Source: Pseudomonadota bacterium (GTDB taxonomy: Bacteria; Desulfobacterota; Desulfobacteria; Desulfobacterales; JBDRRP01). Taken from it: a DNA stretch of 64,000 bases. Shown here piece by piece: positions 1 through 9,715 of this stretch; position 1 is the first letter of the stretch; every line of letters begins with the position of its first letter. Location of the stretch: the NCBI GenBank assembly GCA_043825735.1, contig JBDRRP010000009.1, positions 62,001 to 126,000 of the forward strand, given 5' to 3'. The notes under the pieces were generated by a model, which was given only the letters and a program-made list of their open reading frames with translations, ran no database searches and was not told where the DNA came from. A program made the translations under genes and the position numbers.

Positions 1-158
1 TAATTTTTGGTTGGTTATGGTCGGAATTGGTTAGTATCGTCATATATATTTGTGATCTTATTGACTCTGAAAACCCATGATATATATAAAATGACATCAG
101 CCGCTTTTGGCATTTGCTTCTATCTGTTTCTTTTCTGTATTTGAACCGGAGGTAAAAG

Positions 159-1034
159 ATGAAGAGAGCATTATTCCTGTTACTGCTGTTATCGGTCTGC
201 TGCGCCACCCGATCCATGGCCGGAGAGCCGACCTATCGCCAGGGTTACGATATTTTCATTGAAACCGGGGTTACTCAGCCTGATCGGGTTCCGGCCTGGT
301 TTGCACCCATGGTTGCCCAGCCCTTTGCGCCGGTTTTTGAGATACTTGCCACGCGGGGAACCCAGGGACGCTACTATCCTTACACTTATGCCATAACGAT
401 CAAAGATATGATCAAATTTCACGGCCACGACTGTGAGGGAATCAGTCACGTGGCCTGCTGCTGCAAGGTGGCCTTTGAGGTCCTCTTTCCCGATGGCATC
501 ATCGACCGCAGTGTTTTGTGGGGCATTACCGGAAGTTCCCCCTGCTGGTCCGACGGTGTCGCATTTTTGACGGGTGCAAGGCTGCAATATGGCAACCTGG
601 CCTTCTTCAAGGAAAAGAAATACGGCCATGCCATCATTCTCTATCGGGAGGACACCGGCCAAGCGGTCATGGCCACCTGGAAACACGGCATCGACAACAT
701 CCCTGGCGAACCGGCCGTCTTGCCGGAAAAAATCGCCTGGACGCCGGTGGTGGATATGCAGGAAGTGCTGGATTTGAAAAAGGTTGTGAAAGCGGCCGGC
801 GGGAACCCGGACCCGTACCAGGTGGATCTGATGCGTTTCTACCAGTACCGGCACATAAACGACATTCTGTCGCGGCCGCTAACAGAGAGTTATCAGACCA
901 AAATTATCGAAAATTTCAAATGGTCTGACTGGGTTGATAGCGAAAAGGTCGTCCCCAAGCCCCATCAGCGGGGAGATATCCGCCTGAAAAACTACCCCTA
1001 TCGCACCAAACCAGTCGTCGGCCCCAAGGGGTAG
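159..1034 (+). CDS. Secreted FmdE-like (formylmethanofuran dehydrogenase subunit E family) putative metal-binding protein
   Basis: GGAGG RBS; N-terminal signal peptide MKRALFLLLLLSVCCA; FmdE-type motif FHGHDCEG ... SPCWSDGVAFLTG. Confidence 0.65.
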   Translation: MKRALFLLLLLSVCCATRSMAGEPTYRQGYDIFIETGVTQPDRVPAWFAPMVAQPFAPVFEILATRGTQGRYYPYTYAITIKDMIKFHGHDCEGISHVACCCKVAFEVLFPDGIIDRSVLWGITGSSPCWSDGVAFLTGARLQYGNLAFFKEKKYGHAIILYREDTGQAVMATWKHGIDNIPGEPAVLPEKIAWTPVVDMQEVLDLKKVVKAAGGNPDPYQVDLMRFYQYRHINDILSRPLTESYQTKIIENFKWSDWVDSEKVVPKPHQRGDIRLKNYPYRTKPVVGPKG

Positions 1035-1081
1035 TTTGCACCGAACCCGGAAGGCATCGTGCGTATTCTCCGGCACCGCCT

Positions 1082-1392
1082 CAAAGCGCTTCGGGATTAT
1101 CTACGAAAGTAAGGTTTTCCAGTAGTCGCCGGCGTCGCAGGCATCCTCTTTTTCGGCCCCGCCAGCAAAAGGCTTTTTTAGCATTACCGCCGGCGCAGGG
1201 ATAAAGGATTTGACCGTCAGCAGGCGATTTACATCGCCGTTCAAGCCGCCATTTCTTTGCGCCGGGTCCGATCACACTGCGGCGGCGGGCTGCTGATAGC
1301 AATCATTAGAAGAAGCCGATGCCGAAAAAGAGGATACCTGCGACACCCATTCGTTCAAACATTTATTTTGTAGATAGTCCCGAAACGCTTTG
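1082..1392. mobile_element. ~310 bp MITE-like element with nested inverted repeats
   Basis: Outer IR 1082-1104 vs 1370-1392 (21/23 match); inner IR 1134-1157 vs 1321-1344 (23/24 match); lies between convergent genes; no transposase. Confidence 0.6.
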
Positions 1393-1399
1393 GACCCCC

Positions 1400-4300
1400 T
1401 TACCGGATTGGGTCTTCCTCCGGTCCGGGATCGGCGGGATGCTCTGGCAGTGACGTGCTATCGGCCGGGTCGGGTTCTTTTTTCCCCTTGAGCCATTCGG
1501 TCAACCGGTCGAAGAGGTAGAAGAACAGCGGCACGTAGAGCATGGCGAGCGTGGTTTCGCCGATCATCCCACCGATGATGCCGGTGCCGATGGAATGGCG
1601 CGCGTTGGCGCCGGCACCGGTGGCCAGGGCCAGGGGAAGCACGCCGAAGGCAAATGCCAGCGAGGTCATGATGATGGGCCTCAGCCGCTGCTCGCCGGCT
1701 TCGATGGTCGCATCGATGAGCGATTTGCCCGCCTTTCGCAGCTCGACGGCAAACGAAACGCGCAAGATGGCGTTTTTGGCCCCGAGGCCGATGAGCACCA
1801 GTAGTCCGATCTGGAAGTAGACATCGTTTTCCAGCCCGCGCAGCCAGTTGGCTGCCAGTGCACCGAGAATGCCGAAGGGGACTGCCGTCATGACGGCGCC
1901 GGGAAGGGTCCAGGACTCGTACTGGGCCGCGAGGACGAGAAAAACGATGATCAGACCGAAGACGAATGCGATGGTCGAAGTGCCGCCGGATTGCTTCTCC
2001 TCGAAGGCCAGGCCGGACCACGCAAACGTGTATCCGCGGGGCAATACCGCGCCGGCGATTTCTTCCATGGCCGCGATGGCCTGACCCGAGCTGTAGCCGA
2101 GCGCGGCGTTGCCGTTGATCTTTACGGCCGGAAAACCGTTGAAATGCGTCAGCATGTCGGGCCCGGAGACCCACCGGGTGTCCACCACGGCCGACAGGGG
2201 CACCATCGCCCCGTGCTCCGAGCGCGTATACAGCCGGGTCAGGTCTGCCGGGTCCTGCCGGTATATCGGATCGGCCTGGAGCACGACCCACCAGACACGG
2301 CTGAACTGGTTGTACTGGCTGACGGTCAAAGATCCGAACATAGCCTGGATGGCGCTGTAAACATCCGCCACGGGAACGCCGAGCAGATTGGCCTTGTTTC
2401 GGTCCACATCCGCACGAAGCTGCTGGGTCGAGGCCCTGAAGGTGGTGTTCAGCCCGGCCAGCTCGGGGCGCTGGCGGGCTTTGGCGAGAAAACTGCGCGC
2501 CAGATCACCGAGCCCTTCTGAGCTGCCGTCACCCGTGTCCTGGATCCAGAATTCGAAGCCACCCGTGGTGCCGATTCCGGGAATGGCCGGCGGGGCGATG
2601 GGAATGATGATGCCTTCCTTGATCTCGCGCGTTTGCTGGCGGAGTTTTGCCAGAACCGATTGGGCGCTTTCCGCCTTGGCGGTGGCGTTGGACGCGTAGC
2701 GTTCCTCGAAGGGCTTCAAGGTCACGAAAAAGGTCGCGCCGTTGGTCTTGAACCCTCCGTCGATGAGACTGAACCCGTTGATTTGGGCCCGGTTCTCCAC
2801 CCCCGGAATTTCGGCGAAAACGGCATCCACCTGTTTGGAAACGGCCCGGGTGCGTTCGAGGCTCGCCGAATCGGGCATGATGATGGCGGTCAGGATGTGC
2901 CCCTGGTCCTCGTCGGGAACGAAACTGGTGGGCAGTGTGTTGAAAAGATGCACGAGAAGCCACATCAGCCCCGCGAGGATCGCCAGTGACGGTATCGTTC
3001 GCCGGATCACGGCAAGCACGGCGTGACCGAAGGACTGGGTGACGCCGTCCACCCCGCGGTTGAACGCGGCGAAAAGCCCGCGCTGGTGCGGCGCGGCGTG
3101 CCGGAGCATGACGCCGCACATGGCCGGGGTCAGGGTCAGGGCGATGAATCCGGAGATCGTCACCGAGATGACGATGGTGATGGCGAACTGCTTGTAGAGC
3201 TGGCCGGTGGTGCCGGGAAGAAACGCGGCGGGGATGAACACCGAGGCCATGACCAGCACGACGGCGACCAGCGAGCCGGAGATTTCCTTCATGGACCGCA
3301 GGGTCGCCTCCTTGGGCGAGAGGTGGTGCAGGGCCATGTTGCGCTCGACGTTTTCCACGACGACGATGGCGTCGTCGACCACCATGCCGATGGCCAGGAT
3401 GATGCCGAACAGGGTGAGCAGGTTGATCGAGAAACCGAGCGCGAGCATGCCGGTAAACGTGCTCACCAGGGCGACGATGATGGCCGTCGTGCAGATGATG
3501 GTTGTTCGCAGGCTCTGAAGAAACAGGTAGACGACGAGCACCACGAGCACGATCGCCTCCACCAGCGTATGCTTGACTTCCGTAATCGACAGCCGGACGA
3601 AGTCGTTGGTGTCCATCGACACCTTGTAGTCGAGCCCTTCGGGGAACTGGGTCTTGAGCCCCTTGAGCGCTTCGCGGACCGCCGCGGATACGTCGAGGCC
3701 GTTGGCCCCGGGCTGCTGGTAAACGGCGATGAAGGTGGCGGGCGTATCGTTGAGCCGGGCGTCGACGATGTACTGGCGCAGGCCCACCTCGATACGGGCG
3801 ACATCCTTGAGATGCACGATGGCGCTGCCGTCACGGCTGGCCCTGAGGATGATGTCGCCGTATTCGGCGGGATTGGTGAAGGGGCGCTGGGTGACCACCG
3901 GAAAAGTCAGCACGACGGGGCCCGATGTGGGCTGCTGCCCGATCTGGCCGGCGCCGTAGAGGGCGTTCTGGCTGGACACCGCCTTCTGGATGTCGGTGGT
4001 CGTGATGCCCATCGACGCCATCCGGTCCGGGTTCATCCAGATGCGCATGGCCTGGTCGGGCACCCCCAGCACCGCGGACTGACCGGCGCCGGGCACGCGC
4101 TTGATCGCGTCGAGGACGTACACATTGGCGTAATTGGCGATGTACTCGTCGCTGTAGCGCTTCCCGTCCCCGAAGATGCCGATGATCATCATGATCGATG
4201 CGGACTTCTTCTGCACCGCGACACCCTGCTGGACCACGGCGGACGGAAGTTGGGGCAGGGCGAGGTTGACCCGGTTCTGAACCTGAACCTGGGCGATGTC

Positions 4301-4603
4301 CGGATCGGTGTCGAGGGAGAAGTAGACGGTAAGGGTCAGCTGTCCGTTGGCGGAACTGGCCGAGGACATGTAAAGCATGTTGTCGACCCCGTTGATCTGG
4401 GCCTCGATGGGGGCGGCGACCGAATCGGCCAGCAGCTTGGAGTCGGCTCCCGGATACGTGGCCGAGACCGTGACCTGGACCGGCGTGATCGCCGGGTACT
4501 GCTCAATGGGCAGGGCCAGCATCGACAGGGTGCCGGCCAGGCACAGGATTACCGCGATGACCGTGGCAAAAATCGGCCGCTCGATGAAAAATTTGGAAAA
4601 CAT
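1400..4603 (-). CDS. RND efflux transporter permease, HAE1 (AcrB/MexB) family
   Basis: 1067 aa; MFSKFFIERPIFA start; VVDDAIVVVENVER, AKNAIL and RLRPIIMTSLAF proton-relay motifs. Confidence 0.97.
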   Translation of the reverse strand: MFSKFFIERPIFATVIAVILCLAGTLSMLALPIEQYPAITPVQVTVSATYPGADSKLLADSVAAPIEAQINGVDNMLYMSSASSANGQLTLTVYFSLDTDPDIAQVQVQNRVNLALPQLPSAVVQQGVAVQKKSASIMMIIGIFGDGKRYSDEYIANYANVYVLDAIKRVPGAGQSAVLGVPDQAMRIWMNPDRMASMGITTTDIQKAVSSQNALYGAGQIGQQPTSGPVVLTFPVVTQRPFTNPAEYGDIILRASRDGSAIVHLKDVARIEVGLRQYIVDARLNDTPATFIAVYQQPGANGLDVSAAVREALKGLKTQFPEGLDYKVSMDTNDFVRLSITEVKHTLVEAIVLVVLVVYLFLQSLRTTIICTTAIIVALVSTFTGMLALGFSINLLTLFGIILAIGMVVDDAIVVVENVERNMALHHLSPKEATLRSMKEISGSLVAVVLVMASVFIPAAFLPGTTGQLYKQFAITIVISVTISGFIALTLTPAMCGVMLRHAAPHQRGLFAAFNRGVDGVTQSFGHAVLAVIRRTIPSLAILAGLMWLLVHLFNTLPTSFVPDEDQGHILTAIIMPDSASLERTRAVSKQVDAVFAEIPGVENRAQINGFSLIDGGFKTNGATFFVTLKPFEERYASNATAKAESAQSVLAKLRQQTREIKEGIIIPIAPPAIPGIGTTGGFEFWIQDTGDGSSEGLGDLARSFLAKARQRPELAGLNTTFRASTQQLRADVDRNKANLLGVPVADVYSAIQAMFGSLTVSQYNQFSRVWWVVLQADPIYRQDPADLTRLYTRSEHGAMVPLSAVVDTRWVSGPDMLTHFNGFPAVKINGNAALGYSSGQAIAAMEEIAGAVLPRGYTFAWSGLAFEEKQSGGTSTIAFVFGLIIVFLVLAAQYESWTLPGAVMTAVPFGILGALAANWLRGLENDVYFQIGLLVLIGLGAKNAILRVSFAVELRKAGKSLIDATIEAGEQRLRPIIMTSLAFAFGVLPLALATGAGANARHSIGTGIIGGMIGETTLAMLYVPLFFYLFDRLTEWLKGKKEPDPADSTSLPEHPADPGPEEDPIR

Positions 4604-4618
4604 CGATCCGTGCCTCCG

Positions 4619-5836
4619 CTAGTTGCCTTTGGGTGCGACGTGCTGTTCGGGCGCGTCGACTTTCATGGTGACCCTGACCGGCGCATCGGGGCGAAGCAGC
4701 AGGGTGCCGTCGACTGCCACCCGTTCGCCTTTTTGGAGGCCCTCGTCGATGAACCACTCGTCTTGGTACCATTCCCCCACCGTCACGGGGCGAAGATCGG
4801 CCTGGTTGTTCTTGTCGATTACCCAGACGAAGTGCCCCTTGGCTCCCTGCATTACCGCGCGCTGCGGCAGCAGGACCGCTTCCGGACGAACGGCGCCGTT
4901 GAGGCGGGCGCGTACGTACTGGTTCGGGTGCAGCTCGCCCTCGGGGTTATCGACGCTGGCCCGGATGAGAAAGGTGCCGGTCTCCGCGCTGTAGGAGGGC
5001 TCGGCAAAGGTGATGGTCCCCTTGTGGGGAAAGATCCGGCCGTCGATGAGAACGATTTCGATCTCGAAATTGAGGTCTTTCGGCGTGCGCAGCAATCCCT
5101 TTTCCACTTCCATACGGAATTTTTCCCGCGCGTTCTCCGAAAGGCTGAAGTTGACCCACATGGGCGAGAGCACGGCGACGGTGGTCAGCAGGCTGTTCTC
5201 CTGGTTGAGGTAGGTGCCGTCGGCCTGATTGGCGGCGCTGGTGATGCCGGCCACTGGTGATGTGATGGTGGTATAGGACAGATTGAGCCGGGCCGATTCG
5301 ACTTCCGCTTGAGCCTGGGCGACGGCCGCCTCGGCTGACTGGAACTGACCGGTGGCCTCATCGAGGTCTTTCTGGGAAAGGGCTTTGAGCCGGGCGAGGG
5401 GTTTGACCCGCGCCAGGTTGGAGCGGGCGGTTTCAAGGGCGGCCTGCTGCATGGCTAGGGCCGCCAGTTGCTGGTTGAGTTGGACCTGGAAAGGCTTCTT
5501 GTCCATCTGGAACAGCACTTGCCCTTCCTTGACGGTCTCCCCTTCGGTGTAGATCCGTTTGTCGAGAAAGCCGCTCACACGCGCCTGGATATTCACCTGG
5601 CGCGAGCTCTGGGTCTGGGCGATGAATTCGAAGGATACCGGAACATCGCGCGGCGTGACGGTGACGACCGTGACGTCAATCGGCGCCGTTTTCGGCGGTT
5701 CGGCCGATTGATCGCGCTTTTCGCAGCCCGCGGCGGCCAGCAGGATGATGATGGCCGAGGCCATCGCCACAACAGGGGCACGCTTCAGCAAGCGCCCCAA
5801 AGACGCCTTCCTCATGGATTCCACAGCACGCCCCAT
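4619..5836 (-). CDS. RND efflux periplasmic adaptor (MFP, AcrA family) lipoprotein
   Basis: Lipobox LAAAGC; IQARVSGFL, YTTITSPVAG and PNQYVRARL motifs; ATG at 5836 has an AGGAG RBS; directly upstream of the RND gene. Confidence 0.93.
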   Translation of the reverse strand: MGRAVESMRKASLGRLLKRAPVVAMASAIIILLAAAGCEKRDQSAEPPKTAPIDVTVVTVTPRDVPVSFEFIAQTQSSRQVNIQARVSGFLDKRIYTEGETVKEGQVLFQMDKKPFQVQLNQQLAALAMQQAALETARSNLARVKPLARLKALSQKDLDEATGQFQSAEAAVAQAQAEVESARLNLSYTTITSPVAGITSAANQADGTYLNQENSLLTTVAVLSPMWVNFSLSENAREKFRMEVEKGLLRTPKDLNFEIEIVLIDGRIFPHKGTITFAEPSYSAETGTFLIRASVDNPEGELHPNQYVRARLNGAVRPEAVLLPQRAVMQGAKGHFVWVIDKNNQADLRPVTVGEWYQDEWFIDEGLQKGERVAVDGTLLLRPDAPVRVTMKVDAPEQHVAPKGN

Positions 5837-5953
5837 AGACGCTCTCCTGGATGATACCGCCGAACCGGTACTGAAGGGATGTAAACGATATGCTGCCACA
5901 AGATGCGGCCGCTTCCCCAAACGGCACCATCATCCAAGGTCCAGTGATTCCTG

Positions 5954-7066
5954 TCAAGAAAGGAAACCGCGCTTTTCCGGAAACAGTGACAGCACCTGTG
6001 CTTCGCTGGCGCCGCACACCCCGCGCTCGGTGATGAAGCCCGTGACCAGCCGGGCCGGGGTGACATCGAAGGCGTCGTTTCGGGCCGGGCTGCCGGCCGG
6101 AGGGACGAGCACGCGGGTGATGCGCCCGTCGGCCAGGCCCTGGATATAGCGGACTTCGTCGGGGTTGCGCACTTCGATGGGGATTTCAGCCACGCCATCG
6201 CGCATGGTCCAGTCGAAAGTGCTCGAGGGCAGGGCCACGTAGAAGGGGATGTGGTTGTCTTTGGCGGCCAGGGCCTTCAGATAGGTGCCGATCTTGTTGG
6301 CCACGTCTCCGGTGTAGGTGGTGCGATCGGTGCCGGTGATGACCATGTCCACCAGGCCGTGCTGCATGAGGTGGCCGCCGGCGTTGTCGGTGATCACCGT
6401 GTGGGCGATGCCGTGCTTGCCCAGCTCCCAGGCGGTGAGACGGGCCCCCTGGTTCAGGGGGCGGGTTTCGTCCACCCACACGTGAATGGGGATGCCGGCA
6501 TCATGGGCGGTGTACATGGGCGCGGTGGCCGTGCCCCATTCCACGCAGGCCAGCCAGCCGGCGTTGCAGTGGGTGAGGATGTTTACCGGGCGCCCGGATT
6601 TGCCGTCGGCGATGGCCCGGACCAGGGGCAGGCCATGGACGCCGATGAGGCGGCAGTTTTCCGCTTCTTCTTCGGTGATGGCGGCGGCCTCTTCTCTGGC
6701 GATGTCCTGTCGACGTTCCGGGACCGCCGGCAGCAGTTTTCCCAGCATCCGGTCCACCGCCCAGGCCAGGTTGACGGCGGTGGGCCGTGAGGCCTTGAGC
6801 CGGTGGCACTCACCGCGCAGATACGCGTCATCGGGGATGCCGTCCGGTGCATTCTGAATGATCACAAAGACGCCCCAGGCGCCGGTGGCCCCGATAAGAG
6901 GTGCGCCGCGCACGACCATTTCCTTGATCGCGTGGATGACCGTCTCCAGAGTGGTGAGATCGGCCACGACGAATTCGTGGGGCAGTTGGCGTTGGTCGAT
7001 CACCTGGACCGTCTGATCGGTTTGCGAGAACCAGATAGGGCGAACATCTTTTCCGTCGACTTTCAT
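5954..7066 (-). CDS. mtnA: S-methyl-5-thioribose-1-phosphate isomerase
   Basis: [51 protein letters not shown] and FDVTP motifs; start moved to MKVDGK (GGAGG RBS). Confidence 0.96.
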   Translation of the reverse strand: MKVDGKDVRPIWFSQTDQTVQVIDQRQLPHEFVVADLTTLETVIHAIKEMVVRGAPLIGATGAWGVFVIIQNAPDGIPDDAYLRGECHRLKASRPTAVNLAWAVDRMLGKLLPAVPERRQDIAREEAAAITEEEAENCRLIGVHGLPLVRAIADGKSGRPVNILTHCNAGWLACVEWGTATAPMYTAHDAGIPIHVWVDETRPLNQGARLTAWELGKHGIAHTVITDNAGGHLMQHGLVDMVITGTDRTTYTGDVANKIGTYLKALAAKDNHIPFYVALPSSTFDWTMRDGVAEIPIEVRNPDEVRYIQGLADGRITRVLVPPAGSPARNDAFDVTPARLVTGFITERGVCGASEAQVLSLFPEKRGFLS

Positions 7067-7091
7067 TCTGACCACTGCCTCCCGTTTAATG

Positions 7092-7226
7092 TGATGAAAC
7101 CGTAAAAAGTGATTTTGAACCACAGAGACCGCAGCGGATCGCAGAGAATATTATGAATAATTAATGAGTTATCTCTGCGCTCTCTGCGCCCTCGGTGGTG
7201 ATTTCAGATTTTTTACGAGTTTGTCA
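7092..7226. repeat. 135 bp palindromic intergenic repeat, family C copy 1
   Basis: Ends TGATGAAACCGTAAAAAGT and ATTTTTTACGAGTTTGTCA; internal CACAGAG/CGCAGAG arms; near-identical to 13209-13343 and 24777-24911. Confidence 0.93.
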
Positions 7227-7582
7227 AATTTAATGAAGCCCAAAACATACTGTTCGTTGCCGCGGCACACCCGCGCCGGTTTTTGCCATATCCCATATCC
7301 CACCGTCTTGCCACCGCTTTCCATTCCGAATCGATGTAATGATTCCGCAGCTGGATCCGGAGATGGCCGATGTCCACCGGCTGGACATCCCCTCGGGAGG
7401 GAGGGATTCTCGCTGCTGGGGCAGCAATACCGCCTGTGAGCGGCCACTGAACCACAGGCGGCATCTTTAGCCCCTGGCGAACGTGGGGTTTTTGGCTCAA
7501 ATCCTGCGCCCAGGATACACGGGGCTGTGCTAATTATCTTTATATTTCAATGAGATAAATTTTTACCAGCCACCCGTTGCAG

Positions 7583-7611
7583 TTGACAACCCGCTGGCTG
7601 GCGCGTACTAT
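7583..7611 (+). promoter_or_regulatory. Sigma70-type promoter of the lipoprotein cluster
   Basis: TTGACA (7583-7588), 17 bp spacer, TACTAT (7606-7611), ending 67 bp upstream of the ATG at 7679. Confidence 0.7.
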
Positions 7612-7678
7612 TCGCAGTAATGCTGCCGCGCGTTGCGCTGCAAATCGTTTTGGGATCTTTCAGACTAAGGAGCGATAC

Positions 7679-8308
7679 ATGTTCAGTGAAAGGATTCGAT
7701 TTTCCCAAGCCCGGGTATTGATCGCCGCGATGGCCCTTGTGTGGATCGTCGCCGGCGGGTGCGCTTCCACCAAGGTGGAGCGTGTGGACGTTGGTGAAAC
7801 CATCGACCTCAGCGGCATGTGGAACGACAGTGATTCACGGATGGTGTCCGATGAAATGATCACCGACGCCCTCAGCCGAAGCTGGGTCGCTGATTTTAAA
7901 ACCAAGCACCAGGGCACTGCGCCGGTGGTCATTGTGGGAGAGGTCCGCAATCGCAGCGATGAGCACATCAATACCCGCACGTTTACCAAGGATCTGGAGC
8001 GGGCCTTCGTCAACGCCGGTGACGTGGACGTGGTGGCTTCTTCCGACGAGCGCGGAGAGCTGCGGGAGGAGCGCGTGGACCAGGCCGCCAACGCCACCGA
8101 AGCCACGGCCAAGGAGCAGGGGCAGGAGACCGGCGCCGACTTCATGCTCAAGGGATCCATCAACACCATCACCGATAAGATCGACGGCAAACAGGTCAAA
8201 TACTACCAGGTCAACCTGGAGTTGATGCACATCGAATCTAACCGGAAGGTCTGGATCGGCGAAAAGAAAATCAAAAAGCTGGTCAAGCAGAGCCGTTTCG
8301 GATTCTGA
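7679..8308 (+). CDS. lpoB: LpoB-family (PBP activator / CsgG-like fold) lipoprotein
   Basis: AAGGAG RBS; lipobox VAGGC; VRNRSDEHINT, GADFMLKGSI, YYQVNLEL and VWIGEKKIKK are typical of LpoB-like proteins. Confidence 0.8.
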   Translation: MFSERIRFSQARVLIAAMALVWIVAGGCASTKVERVDVGETIDLSGMWNDSDSRMVSDEMITDALSRSWVADFKTKHQGTAPVVIVGEVRNRSDEHINTRTFTKDLERAFVNAGDVDVVASSDERGELREERVDQAANATEATAKEQGQETGADFMLKGSINTITDKIDGKQVKYYQVNLELMHIESNRKVWIGEKKIKKLVKQSRFGF

Positions 8309-8343
8309 CAACCATGGCTTCCCTCAATGGCCGGGTGAATTGA

Positions 8344-9681
8344 ATGGCGCGCGGCAGCGACGCATGGCGGCGGCGCCCCATGATGGGCATCATGCTGGCG
8401 GCGCTTGCGCTCTGGGGATGCGCGCCAGGCTTCCGGTCCGGAGATCTCCAATATTATACGGGGGCGGGCGACTGCGATGCGCTGCAAAAGACCATCGCGG
8501 CGCACCCCGATGGTTACGGCTCCGGTGATGAACTGCTCTTTGCCATGGATGCGGCCATGGGGTTTATGCGCTGCGGCGACGATGCGGCGGCCCAGCGATG
8601 GTTCCGTGAGGCCGATCGGTTGGGAGAGGCATTGTGGACCGAAAGCATCACCCGGCAGACCGCCTCATTTCTCACCGGGGACTATGTGCTCCAGTATCCC
8701 GGCGAAGACTATGAGCGGGTGATGATCAATCTCATGTCGGCCATTGCGTTTCTCAAGGCCGGCGATCTGGACGGGGCGCTGGTGGAGTGCCGCCGGCTCG
8801 ATACGTTGCTCGGTCTCTACAACGCCAAGTACGAACAGAAAAATGTCTACGGTGAGGATGCTTTTGCCCGGTATCTGAGCGGGATTCTCAACGAGGATGA
8901 CGGCGAACTTGACGAGGCCTTCATCGACTATCAGCGCGCCGCCAAGGGCTACGCCGACTATGCGTCAGCATACGGAACCCCGCTGCCGCAGATTCTAAAA
9001 GAGGACCTGTTTCGGGTGGCGGCGCGCGTGGGCCGTGAACAGGACGCCCTGGCCGCGGTGCCCGACGCATCTCCCGAAGGCCGTCAAGCAGTGTGGCAAC
9101 CGCAGGAGCTGGGGCGCATCGTCTACATCCAGCTCGCCGGGCAGGCGCCGCGCAAGGTGGCAGACATGGTGGTCATTCCGCTAAAGGGCGGGCCCGTGCC
9201 GCTGGCCTTTCCCCGGATGGTGATCACCCCGCCCGGCTGCGGCGGCGGGCGACTGGAATTGCGCAATACCGGCAGCGAGATCCTTACTGAGGCGGTGCTC
9301 GTGGAAGACATCAACCGCATCGCGGTAAAAAATCTGGCCGATCGCCAGGCGCGTGTCCTCGCCAGGACCGTAGCGCGGGCCGTGGCCAAACAGGTGGTCA
9401 TCGGTCAGATTGCCAACAGCTCGGACGATCGCAACACCCAGAAGACGATTCGGGCCGCCCTAGACATCATGAACATGTTCGTGGAGCGGGCCGATACGCG
9501 CAGCTGGCAGACCCTGCCCGGGGAGATTTACATGGCCCGGGTCTATACCGCGCCGGGCACATACCAAGTGCAGGTGGCCGACTGCGGTCAACCCCGGGCG
9601 CTGGCACCGGTGACGGTTCTCGCCGGTCAGACGCGCTACATTATCGACGATGCCCGGGTGTCGCAATCGGCGGGGCGCTGA
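8344..9681 (+). CDS. COG3014-family uncharacterised lipoprotein
   Basis: Lipobox ALWGC; YPGEDYERVM, ALVECRR and ERADTRSWQTLP motifs; start may be 8380. Confidence 0.8.
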   Translation: MARGSDAWRRRPMMGIMLAALALWGCAPGFRSGDLQYYTGAGDCDALQKTIAAHPDGYGSGDELLFAMDAAMGFMRCGDDAAAQRWFREADRLGEALWTESITRQTASFLTGDYVLQYPGEDYERVMINLMSAIAFLKAGDLDGALVECRRLDTLLGLYNAKYEQKNVYGEDAFARYLSGILNEDDGELDEAFIDYQRAAKGYADYASAYGTPLPQILKEDLFRVAARVGREQDALAAVPDASPEGRQAVWQPQELGRIVYIQLAGQAPRKVADMVVIPLKGGPVPLAFPRMVITPPGCGGGRLELRNTGSEILTEAVLVEDINRIAVKNLADRQARVLARTVARAVAKQVVIGQIANSSDDRNTQKTIRAALDIMNMFVERADTRSWQTLPGEIYMARVYTAPGTYQVQVADCGQPRALAPVTVLAGQTRYIIDDARVSQSAGR

Positions 9682-9715
9682 GCACTCCCGGAGTCTTTGA
9701 AAAGGAACGAGACCC

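Noticed and set aside
3023..5260. 745-aa plus-strand ORF, and similar long antisense ORFs at 21114-22829, 34108-35796 and 51745-53274
   Set aside because: Each is exactly antisense to a well-conserved gene (RND/MFP, nuoF-like, fusA, murA). These are shadow frames expected from high-GC codon bias and have no recognisable motifs.
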